Assembly (NCBI GenBank): GCA_965235115.1
Contig: OZ249436.1
Location: forward strand, 60,512,001-60,576,000
DNA length: 64,000 bases
Direction: 5' to 3'
From: Laetmonice hystrix
Taxonomy: Eukaryota
The translations under genes were made by a program, and so were the position numbers. Within the stretch, counting starts at the first letter, position 1, and every line of letters begins with the position of its first letter. Shown here in pieces: positions 51,210 through 62,470 of this stretch. The notes under the pieces are model-generated. The model was not told the origin of the DNA. It was given only the letters and a program-made list of their open reading frames with translations, and searched no databases.

Positions 51210-52221
51210 GTGAGTGTTGTTTTCTCCTTCCTATTCACCTGACCACACAATAAATGATAGAGAAATCAATTTCACATTTTATCTGGCCTTGACAGCATTA
51301 TTATATTAATGATATTGACAATTTCTCTTGGCGATTTTCTTACAAAAATTCATAGGCTTTTTCAATCTCTGAATGCGTCAAACCCGCCTGAATCGTCAAT
51401 CTCGCCTTTATGATCCAATAACGCCTTCTTCTCTGCCTTCCTCTGTATCATATAGACCTAAAGAAATAATAATTAGGTCCTAATCTGGACCTAACAAGTT
51501 GAAATAATCGGAAGGAGGCGGTGTTCCCTATGAGGGGGCTTCTATCGTGTCTGTATGAAATTAAAATCATGCCTACAGTTTACTTAATAAATCTGGGAGG
51601 GCATGACTGCCAGATTTCACCAACTCACTCTCTGAAGTTCTGACATGGAAGGCTGCACACGGATTTAATTAAAGGATGAATTTTGGCCACTGAACGGCTT
51701 AGGTAGTCTGAAGAACGAGGGCAACGGTTTGCGGTTCCATTTAATGGGGCCGACTAGCGGAAAGGTTATGAGGGTTGCAGGATTCATTTTCAGGTGGCCA
51801 TTAGTAAATGCTGGGTGACTTAACTGTGCATGCGTCAGTGCGTTTAATCCAATTCAATATAATTCAGTTCGACCTTACTTGGAGCAACACGAAGATTTTG
51901 AGAAAATGTATTATTGTCGAGGGCCATTGAATCTACCTTTTCAAATTCCTTCTAGACAGTTTTACATTCGTGGCTCATTTCTTTTCAAGCCGGTTAAAAA
52001 TAATTTTAGCCTTATGTGCTCTGACGTCATAAACTTGATATGACGTATTTTTTTCTCACTTGACTTCATTTCGATAAACGTGACAATATTGAATGACTGT
52101 TGTATGAAGGATGTTAACGGTAACCATGCACTTTAAATTCACTGCTGTAAGAATGTACCGGGTATCCGTTAACCGACCTGAAAGAAAGTCCCAGTACATG
52201 TAGTTCTAAGGTTGGTGGCAT

Positions 52222-52405
52222 GGCTTGGCTTGGCGTCATTTAACGCCCCAGGAACAGCTAGAGTCATATCAAGGATGGTCAGGTATTATAGTCTGTGTTG
52301 GAGGAAACTGGAGTACCCGTCGAGAGTAGGTGTCCTGGCAGCATGTAAGTAACTGACGCGCTTACTCACATGAGAAGATGCGAGGTTTAGTGACCACAAA
52401 ACTAC
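52222..52405 (-). mobile_element. SINE fragment with a V-domain-like core
   Basis: The minus strand contains CGGGTACTCCAGTTTCCTCC (52301-52319), close to the recalled V-SINE core CGGGTACTCCGGTTTCCTCC. TTTAACGCC and GTAACTGAC occur in the order seen in recalled molluscan SINEs. Confidence 0.55.
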
Positions 52406-52451
52406 GGAGCTACTGCAGCCCCCCCCCCCCCCTCTCTCATGTTTGTCAATA

Positions 52452-53785
52452 TATATGTCATGGTTGAGATGAGACCCAGAGTAGATTCTGAATCTATCTG
52501 GATGATATCAGAGTTCTGAGTCTGACCGGCTAGTATCAGGATTCCAATCGCATCTGGGTGGGATGGGAATTCTGATTTCAACCAGTCTCAACCGTGGATG
52601 AGATCAGAATTCCAATCTCAACCAACTGAAAACGGGATCAAACCAGATTAATAAGACAGGCCTGATCTTAATAGCAAAATTTGCGCAACCCAAAAACTGT
52701 TCTCATGAATATTGGCTTGCATAACCCGTAGTTCGGTTATATGAAATTTGTTTGCATAACCAAAAGGTTACGCAAATAGGTTACCAAGAAAGACTCCTGA
52801 CTGTGTCACAGTGTATTTTTATATTTGGGCGACCGGGGCGTCACCACTGTGCAGAGGTTGATATGCAGGCCTACTCTGACAAAGTTTGGCCGCACGGGCT
52901 CGTCATTTGTTGCATGTTGGGAGAGAAAAAACGAGAAAAATCGGCAAAATTTGTAGGGGAATGGATTCTCGTTCCCACCGTTTTCCTTTTAGGTGAATGA
53001 CACGCCAACGGAACGACCGTAAGAGCCTGGCCTGTAAGATACCATAACATACAAATTTCTCTTAAAAAATTACAAGAAATTGTTTTGGTATATGAATTTA
53101 TTGATCGATAAATTGTACATTACAATTTGGAGGTTTCTTGCGTTTTTTTCACTGTGATGGAGATCTGATTAATAATAATACTTTATTCGCTGAAAACGGC
53201 GAATAAAAAGGCTGATTTCAGCAGCTACATATTACAAAATCGCAAGAAACCTCCAAACTCTACTGTAAAATTTATCATTTAATGCCAATTTATTATTTAA
53301 TGCGCTGTGATCAATAAACAGGCTTATACAAATACCCAAACAACTTGTAATTTCTTATGAGGAATTTTATGGTACATACCTTATTAATCTGGTTTGATTC
53401 AGTTAAGTTGCTTAATTGAGATTAGAATTCTGATCTCATCCAAGATTGACTTGTTTAAATCAGAATCCTGTTTCTAGATGGTTAAATTTGGAATCAGTAT
53501 AAATCTTAACAGATTCTGGGTGAAATCAGAATTCTTATTTGAACTACCGTAGTTACGTTGGTTGAGATTGGAATTCTGATGTCATCCACGGTTGAGACTG
53601 GTTGAAATCAGAATTCTGATTCTAACCAGTTAGAATTGGAATTGAGAAAAAATTCATTGAAAATTCCCATCCCACCCAGATGCGATTGGAATCCTGATAC
53701 TAGCTAGCCGGTCAGATTCAGAACTCTGATATCATCCTGATATCATCCGGATATATTCAGGTTCTCATCTCAACCATGACATATA
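52452..53785. mobile_element. Palindromic (hairpin) DNA element
   Basis: Ends TATATGTCATGGTTGAGATGAG / CTCATCTCAACCATGACATATA. Inverted symmetry continues inward (AAACCAGATTAATAAG / CTTATTAATCTGGTTT; TTTGGAGGTTTCTTGCG / CGCAAGAAACCTCCAAA) to a central TATTCGC-8nt-GCGAATA hairpin near 53190. TA-flanked. Confidence 0.85.
52657..53034. mobile_element. 378-bp insertion nested in the palindromic element, 5-bp TSD TAAGA
   Basis: TAAGA|CAGGCCTG ... CTGGCCTG|TAAGA. The segment is absent from the mirror arm, which reads straight through. Confidence 0.8.
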
Positions 53786-54945
53786 CGTTGGTACATGTAT
53801 ATACATTGCATTTGTTCTGCTAAACCAAGGCCTGAGCCGAGCTGGTGACTGGTTCAGGCCACCTCATCGCTATGAACAGCGGGAATGAATGCATTTGGTC
53901 GTCAGGTGTTGATGGGATATGGCCACGTGTGCTGCCCACCGTCGTCCTGTATGCGATGAGCCTGTCAGTCGTGAGCCAGCCCTGCGGTGGGCCCGGTGGT
54001 GGGTCAGTCGGTGGGCCAGGCGGTGGGTCTGCGCCGTCCCCGCCAGACAGGAAATTGGCTTTGCATGGGTTCTAGCTGTCATTCTCAAACATCGAGTCGG
54101 TCCAATGTCATTTCCAGCCTCAGACACACAGGAGGAAAATCACCGTGTTTATGAGTGCTTGAAGACGCAGACACTGCTGTCTTAGCCTAACGTTCCCTTT
54201 GGGTAGATACCCCGTGAGGCAAGGAAGCTGATATTGAACACTTTCTGGGAAATCGGATCCCTGAGATGTCGGCATTATAGTACCTTCCCAGAAAATAGTG
54301 AAAAATAGTGCGAAAAAGAGAAGAACTGCAGATGTCGCTAATCACGTCGGCCCACCTTAAAAAATTGTTTGTTCCGAAGAATCCGGCCGTATGACCGAAA
54401 ACCTTGCGGTTTGAAATTGTCATTTTTGTTCAGACACGATTTCAGACACTCACGGACACCTATATTATAGATGGCCGTTATTTCGATTTTTCCATGCGTG
54501 ATCTCTTAAAGCAGGAAAACAATTTTTTTTAAAAGAAAGAAAAAGGTCCCCTGCTTCATCAGATTTTTTAAGGCCGACCTCGGTGAAGTATGTAATTTGT
54601 GGCCTGTAAAGGACGGCAAAGAATTTGCTGGGGTGGCGAAGCCCGATGTAGAGTTGGGTGGAATCTATTATTGTACGCAATAAGCCGTATCTTCAGCACT
54701 GAATGCCGACTGTCGCTAAAACTACCTTCTCTGCCTCTTGGGGCACGTATTCAAATTCGTCAATTAAATGATGCCGTGTTATGTAATATTGAGAGACTAC
54801 CAGAGGAGTTTTGTACGAGAACCTGTCAGTAACAGAACCTGGCGGAATTGTTGTCAAATATTATCAGAGACAAAAATAAGTTGGTTTGAAGTTTTGTTTT
54901 TGTTCTAGTTGGATTTGATTATGTGATAACCTGGGTTGGTTTCAG

Positions 54946-55095
54946 ATTGACTATCCTGACCACCAGCTGATGAAGCCCGGCCAGCGCCTGTCGTCATCAG
55001 CCATGAGCAACATTGACAAGTTACTGGCCCTGGACCACGAGGACGTCAAGATGGGGCGCGGCCGGTACCCGTCCGATCCCAGCCAAGAACCCGCG
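54946..55095 (+). CDS. RAPGEF2: Coding exon of RAPGEF2/6-like (linker)
   Basis: ggttggtttcag| acceptor and GCG|GTAGGT donor. 150 nt, phase 0/0, reading IDYPDHQLMKPGQRLSSSAMSNIDKLLALDHEDVKMGRGRYPSDPSQEPA. The junction EMIV|IDYP matches the recalled PXF-1 EMIVIDYP. Confidence 0.88.
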
Positions 55096-56617
55096 GTAGG
55101 TGTGCCCCCGCCACCCCCCTGCTCGTCCCAAACCCACCGGGCCGGCCCTCACACCGGCCCGGTCGGCGCTCCAACTCGCTTTTAATAAGCTCCAGCCTTG
55201 ATTGGCAACCCATCATCTAGTAACAGTTTCAAATGGCAGGTTCTGCTCATCATATGAATATTTTATGATTGCCTATCATGCACGTAAATTTAAAAGGAAA
55301 TATCAGCTGTGCGGCGAAACGTAGTGGACGAGTGTATGCCGTAACGGCAGAGCCGAATTGAGGAATTCACTGCAGCTTCAGACATTTAAAAAGTTAAAGT
55401 CTCAAAATAGAAGTTTTATGTTGATTGAAGTAAGGGTATCCTGTCATGATTCCATGAAACCTTAATTTGAATGGAATCGTTTCTCATTGATGGAGATTCA
55501 AGCTAAAAATCCTTATTTCTTTAGTCGTGACATCTAGCGGTTCTAGAGAGAAAAGCTATTATTTTATACGATGAAGGAAACAAACCGGTTCCATTTAAGA
55601 TTTTCATGTTGGAATTGTTAAAAATCTCATTAACTGATTATTACTGTAGAGATTTGTTGACGAGTGCATTAGTTTGATTGCGGTGTTTGTCCGGTGTTTC
55701 CTAAGATGGCGTTACTTGAGACGCTGCAGTGAGACTGTCAATATTGTTGTAGTCTTTATGTTATGACCCATAGTGATAATGCATGTTTGTGTTACTGCGT
55801 TTTAGTTTGCAATCATGCTAAAAATTGAAATTTGCATGTTCATTTGACAAAATATTTGCAGTCACTTAACATATACCGTATCAAGAGTGCTTTGTGGCAA
55901 TTATTGCTGGATGTCCTTTCCTTAAAAGTGTTTTTCATACCTTTTTCTGATCTTTGGAGATTAACAAATATGACAGATTACTAAATGTCTATGAGGCAAT
56001 CAGTCTGAATTAATGTCCTTCACATACTGGGTTAAAGTTTAGCTAAAAAATAAAACGTTTGAACCACCAGTCTATCTAGTTGGTTTGAACAAAAGGATTT
56101 CCCTCAAAAATTTGGAGTTCTTGTCAGAGGCTGGACTTCTGACTCTTTTATAGATGTGTTTTGGTGGTGTTCCCGTTGGGACCCGGGATAAAATAGGTTC
56201 CTTTGGTTTTATGGTCTCATAACTATGTTTTCGCCGTGAAGATGGCCCCGGATGCCGACACGGCGCAAAACCACCACTACTCACTCACTCACTCCCTCAA
56301 AAATGCTCTTTTTCCATAATGTTGATCTAACATTCATTCCTGGCACTTTCTTTTTGACCGCAAGTGGTACCTTAACACGTGGTACGCGAGGCACTGCGCC
56401 TGGAACTTTGCAATACCATCGATTCCTGTACTTAAAAGATCTTAACCATTTTGATAAGGCTATTGGAGCTGTCCGCAAGTCATTTTCACATCACAAACCT
56501 TGCTGTATTGAGACTGCTTGATTTTAGATTTAGGTTTTACGTTTCATGTCCCGTCGGGTTAGTATTTGGTTGGTTTACATTTGGTTGCAGTGGTACAAGC
56601 AATTGCTTTTTATGTAG

Positions 56618-56637
56618 TGCATGTAGGTAAGTGCATG
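56618..56637 (+). promoter_or_regulatory. Paired UGCAUG (Rbfox-type) elements just upstream of the 56659 acceptor
   Basis: TGCATG at 56618-56623 and 56632-56637, flanking TAG|GTAAGT. Two further copies lie at 55780 and 55833 in the same 1.56-kb intron. Confidence 0.5.
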
Positions 56638-56658
56638 TGGACGTGCCTCCTATTGCAG

Positions 56659-56886
56659 CTGCCCCCAGAACTTCAGAATGTCCAGTCTGTTCTTCAGCGG
56701 AGCGAGCAGTTCCTGCGAAGTGAACACTACCTGAAGCGGAACTCGCGAGCAAGTGACACGTCCAGTGCGTACTCAGGTTCGGACATGATGCAGTCTTCCA
56801 TAGACGACCAAGACCTTGACCTTACTGGACTTCCTGAAACTCTTGTCGATTCCGATGATGAAGAAGGATATGTTGAAACGTCAGAG
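56659..56886 (+). CDS. RAPGEF2: Coding exon of RAPGEF2/6-like (Ser-rich/acidic linker before the second cNMP domain)
   Basis: ctcctattgcag| acceptor and GAG|GTAAGT donor. 228 nt, phase 0/0, reading LPPELQ...SDTSSAYSGSDMMQSSIDDQDLDLTGLPETLVDSDDEEGYVETSE. Similar to the recalled RAPGEF2 DMDLSGLPETAVDSEDDD. Confidence 0.9.
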
Positions 56887-58613
56887 GTAAGTTGTATATT
56901 TTGCTCATCACGTTTGCCTATCACAGTGACAAATAGTGACAGATCCTTAAATTGGTCCCGTGTAGAATAAATGGATGGTATTCGGTTAGTAGTCACTGTG
57001 AAGTATGGTCAAAGATCTTCCGAAATCCTCCCAATCTGGCATATATAAATGTTTGATATTTGATCACGCTGAAGCCTTGCCCATTGTTACTCACTGGGGC
57101 AGCACAGGATGGCTATAGATAAAAAAAATAGTCATTTACTTAAAGTTTTGTCTGATGAAAGACGGGCTTAGTCTGAAGTAGCTTCACTTCTTGAGCATTT
57201 GATACTTGATTTACAGAGATGAAATATGCAATACAAAGATCGGTGGTACACCCGTAGGTAGGGTTGCTTTGATATGTCGTAGACAGAGACTAATAAAAGA
57301 ACAGAATGACTTGTCCGCCGTCTTTAAAGGACTAACAATCTTTAACGATACTGCCGAGATGGTGGGAATTATTAAATGCCTTTTCTCAGTAAACCCTTCT
57401 AGAGGTCGGATCTTTGCGCTGAGTAATTAGATAAAAAAAACCGGATAATGGATTAGCTTAAGAAGCCTTTGACAATGCTATACCCCATCATTACAAGATG
57501 ACGTCGTGCTTATGAGAACTCTAATAGTTAATCGATAATTAACGGCCTTGTTTTACGGCTGACAACGTAAAAAGGCAGGCAGCTTATGGCAGGGAGAGCT
57601 AACGATGTGAAGGGTCGGCGGGAAATGTCGTCCCAGTCGACTCCAGGCTGCGGCAACCAGAGTGACTGCAAGCAATGCAGAATGAAGATTATTATTAGCA
57701 GCAGATAAAGTATAATTGATGGATTCATAGAGCAAGATCGTTATTTTTAGATCTAGGCACAAAATTGAAGTAACAGGATGTTATATTACCGGATACGCGA
57801 ATCTGAATGTGAAAGTGTAGCCCTGAAGGCCCAAACATTGGGAGCGAAATGGCGTATCATTTAAACAACATAATAAAACACCTATATGATGGAGAGCCTC
57901 ATTCCATCACAATGCCTTGCTCGATCATTATGGTTTGGACATATCTACCCAGAAACGACATGTAAGCAAGCAAGCTAGCGTGTATCGATATACATCATTA
58001 ACTCCCTTGTAAAATCATCGCTATGCCATCCTTAGGGGGGAAAATGTGCCTTATCTGATGTTAACATCCCTTTAGAGAACTGCGGTTTGCACAATCTGGC
58101 CGTTTGACGGCAGTACCGGGACCATGCTCGTGACTCTTTGGTTGTTCCTCCTTGACGAGGCAGGTAAAAATAACTATGGTACCAGGTCATTTCGTAGAGT
58201 AATGTAATTTTTAATCCTCTCATAGTAACATAGCATCCTGTAAGACCACGGCGTGGAGTAATTTGATAACAATACGTCTCGTCACTGTTCAGTATGTTTT
58301 AACACATTAGAGAGTCGGAGTCTCAGTCTGTTATGAAGGATTGTGGGAAGTAAAATTTGAGATTGCGCCTTCGTCTCAACACGTCATAATTACCTGACCT
58401 TGAAAGTTGACTTGACTAATTCGACGTTGGCAAATGAGGAGATAAATTCCAGCCCATTGATTAAACACGGAATCAGTTACACCTGACTTGGTGATCCCTT
58501 GACGGGGTCCCTGCTCAATACGTCAAGGTTCCCTTTAGACCGGCCGTCCCCCTCCGGCCGTGTTCAGTATACGGTGCTATTTAACCTGGGCTCCACTGAT
58601 GATTGATCAGGTC

Positions 58614-60257
58614 AGTGAGAAACCTGAACACGAAGATCTATGAGAAACGTTACATGCTAACCGTGCATGAGGAGGAGGGTAGTAGTGAGAAACCTGAACA
58701 CGAAGCTCTGTGAGAAACGTTACATGCTAACCGTGCGTGAGGAGGGTAGTAGTGAGAAACCTGAACACGAAGCTCTGTGAGAAACGTTACATACTAACCG
58801 TGCGTGAGGAGAAGGGTAGTAGTGAGAAACCTGAACACGAAGCTCTGTGAAAAACATTACATACTAACCGTGCGTCAGGAGGAGGGTAGTAGTGAGAAAC
58901 CTGAACACGAAGCTCTGTGAGAAACGTTACATACTAACCGTGCATGAGGAGGAGGGTAGTAGTGAGAAACCTGAACACGAAGCTCTGTGAGAAACGTTAC
59001 ATACTAACCGTGCGTGAGGAGAAGGGTAGTAGTGAGAAACCTGAACACGAAGCTCTGTGAGAAACGTTACCGTGCGTGAGGAGGAGGGTAGTAGTGAGAA
59101 ACCTGAACACGAAGCTCTGTGAGAAACGTCACATACTAACCGTGCGTGAGGAGAAGGGTAGTAGTGAGAAACCTGAACACGAAGCTCTGTGAGAAACGTT
59201 ACATGCTAACCGTGCATGAGGAGGAGGGTAGTAGTAAGAAACCTGAACACGAAGCTCTGTGAGAAACGTTACCGTGCGTGAGGAGGAGGGTAGTAGTGAG
59301 AAACCTGAACACGAAGCTCTGTGAGAAACGTTAAATGCTAACCGTGCGTGAGGAGAAGGGTAGTAGTGAGAAACCTGAACACGACTGTGAGAAACGTTAC
59401 ATACTAACTGTGCGTGAGGAGAAGGGTAGTAGTGAGAAACCTGAACACGAAGCTCTGTGAGAAACGTTACATACTAACCGTGCGTGAGGAGAAGGGTAGT
59501 AGTGAGAAACCTGAACACGAAGCTCTGTGAGAAACGTTACATACTAACCGTGCGTGAGGAGGAGGGTAGTAGTGAGAAACCTGAACACGAAGCTCTGTGA
59601 GAAACGTTACATACTAACCGTGCGTGAGGAGGAGGGTAGTAGTGAGAAACCTGAACACGAAGCTCTGTGAGAAACGTTACATACTAACCGTGCGTGAGGA
59701 GAAGGGTAGTAGTGAGAAACCTGAACACGAAGCTCTGTGAGAAACGTTACATACTAACCGTGCGTGAGGAGGAGGGTAGTAGTGAGAAACCTGAACACGA
59801 AGCTCTGTGAGAAACGTTACATACTAACCGTGCGTGAGGAGGAGGGTAGTAGTGAGAAACCTGAACACGAAGCTCTGTGAGAAACGTTACATACTAACCG
59901 TGTGTGAGGAGGAGGGTAGTAGTGAGAAACCTGAACACGAAGCTCTGTGAGAAACGTTACATACTAACCGTGCGTGAGGAGAAGGGTAGTAGTGAGAAAC
60001 CTGAACACGAAGCTCTGTGAGAAACGTTACATACTAACCGTGCGTGAGGAGGAGGGTAGTAGTGAGAAACCTGAACACGAAGCTCTGTGAGAAACGTTAC
60101 ATACTAACCGTGCGTGAGGAGGAGGGTAGTAGTGAGAAACCTGAACACGAAGCTCTGTGAGAAACGTTACATACTAACCGTGCGTGAGGAGGAGGGTAGT
60201 AGTGAGAAACCTGAACACGAAGCTCTGTGAGAAACGTTACCGTGCGTGAGGAGGAGG
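58614..60257. repeat. 70-bp tandem repeat, about 23 units
   Basis: Unit AGTGAGAAACCTGAACACGAAGCTCTGTGAGAAACGTTACATACTAACCGTGCGTGAGGAG(G/A)AGGGTAGT; the period is 70 (for example 59581 to 59651). Confidence 0.97.
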
Positions 60258-61169
60258 TATGTCAGCAAGATGGCTGGCGACGTTTTCGCTCTTTCAGCAA
60301 TCTTCTCACAAAGCAGATGGCTATACTGTAATCAGCCCAAACAAGTACATGTCCAGCCGCTTAACGTCTTCATTAGGGGGCAGGGAGATATGGATCACCA
60401 CTGTGGGCGGTAACTGGAGGAAGGGGCCAGTTTGTAAGAAAGTGCTCGCTCCTTTAACAGACGCCTTATACAGTTTGTCGGTTCAGCTCAGGGCTGGACT
60501 ATAGACCATATGGTATTTAGAAAATAACGACCTCATATAACCGGGCTGAGTGATTGATTGCATTACGCCCTGTCGGCAACTGTTGGCGATCAAATATGTT
60601 GTAGGAAATGTCGATCCTGTACATTACAGGCGGGCCCAGATTGGCTGTGGTCCACCTTATCTATATCATTCAAATACGGAAATATGAGATTATGAAGATT
60701 ACTCTAAAATTATGCCGACTTGGAATGTGCACAAAGGATAAATTATGCGACTTATCTGCTGTCAAGTCTGTAGGATAAATGCAGTTGTCCGGCGGCTTTT
60801 TATTTGTATTGGTCACAGTCAAATTTCCTTTGGCGGAGATAAGGCCATTACAGCTATATTACCATCACTATACACAAGGTTAAGCGTGTCCTCATCCATT
60901 ATTTTCTTCATGTCTAAGACCTTTTTCAGGTTCCAACTTTAAACTACTGGATTACCTAGCTACGCAAACAGAAACTGTGCCTTAAACAACATAAAACAAA
61001 CGTTAATCTATCGGCTGAAATCCAAATAAACATCCTGATTTATCCTCATACATTGTCAACCAGAGCGACCAAACGGAACCGTAGGGGACCGTTTTGCATT
61101 ATCCAGTTTGCATCTGACGACGGTCAGTCACGACAGTCCGTCAGTCGGTTGGCCTTGGATTAGATTTAA

Positions 61170-61690
61170 AGGGGCATATTATGAGGAAACGTGAGAAATC
61201 GGTATTTCAAAGAACTTATGCTGTTTTCATAAAGAGATCCTTCATTACAATTGCTTGGTAAACAAAGACAGACTTATCGGTTTCATTTTCTGTGAGAAAT
61301 CGAAGTTTATGAAGCTCCCTTGCCTGCTTCTCTGCCGATTTCGTGAAATATTTTTTGGGTGGCATTCTGATGCCGGACGATCGAGTGAAACTGCTGAATT
61401 TTTTACAACTAAGCGAAGAACGTGACTAAGCACATGCAGAGAGTGCACACGCAGGATGTGACGCGATTACACGGGTTGATGGGAGGTTATCTACCAAATT
61501 ATGGCGGGAGATGTGCTATCGGGAGAAATCTATGCGTTTGGTTGTATAGAACCTACTTGTGCTGCATACGCAGCGAAAACACGTCGAAGGACAAAATGCT
61601 GTGGTAGGATCATTTACTTGGATCCCTAGTACACGGTCATGTTGGATAATTGCCGGAAATCCTCCAAAACGTGTTCCATAGCATGCCCCT
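61170..61690. mobile_element. Kolobok-like non-autonomous DNA transposon (521 bp)
   Basis: TTAA|AGGGGCAT ... ATGCCCCT|TTAA: TTAA TSD, RR...YY termini, and imperfect inverted similarity extending ~20 bp. Confidence 0.75.
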
Positions 61691-62347
61691 TTAAACCATG
61701 GGCGTCTATCTACGTCTATGATTTAAACCCTGCCGGCTATGGGAACTCATTGGTTACACAACCCTGGATGGGAGGTTAATCCGGGATTATCCTTACCTAC
61801 GGCAGCCACTGTTTAGAGTCAGATAGGAGGATCGCCCTGATATCTTGTGTTGAGAAAATGGGATTTCCCTGATGGATTTTACACCCTACTTACAATTACA
61901 TGTACACTGTCACAACTGTATTAGGTGCTTGGCGTCGAGCAGGATGAAAAAGTACTTTTTATAGAGAGACTGGTAATTTAGCCCGTCTGCAGGCTACATG
62001 GAGATGGTACCCATGGCACCGCCGTGTAAGCATTAACAGGTTTAAACCTTGCTTAGAATTAAAACGGGATCAAAATAAGATTACCACCCTGATTGCCTGA
62101 GGCTTGTCATTCGGACCCTCCCAACGCCTTGATCTGATTGCAATACGGATCAGCGTTTGCACTGGTTGTCCTGATTGGCTCACATTACACAATCAGACAA
62201 AGTTAAAAAGGTTTAGCGTGAGAACAGGAAGCTGATCATAGTGGACAAATGGGTGTGGTGAATGTGACGGTGATGAATCATAATTATCTACCTTCGACCA
62301 GGGCACCTGGTAGGGGGCAGGGTCGACTAAAGGACTTAGAACCGGAT

Positions 62348-62470
62348 AGGGGATGGGGTGGGGTGGGGGGGTCAGTGGGGGTGGGGGGGGGGTCAGTATG
62401 GGATGGGATGGGATGGGGCGGGGGGGGGGGTAAGTGGGGGATGGGGTGGGGGGTAAGTGGGGGATGGGTT
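62348..62470 (+). repeat. G-run-rich low-complexity tract (potential G-quadruplex)
   Basis: More than 15 closely spaced G3+ runs. Confidence 0.8.

Noticed and set aside
55297-55310. AAATATCAGCTG, matching the recalled 5' end of miR-283
   Set aside because: The match ends after 12 nt and no precursor hairpin is evident.
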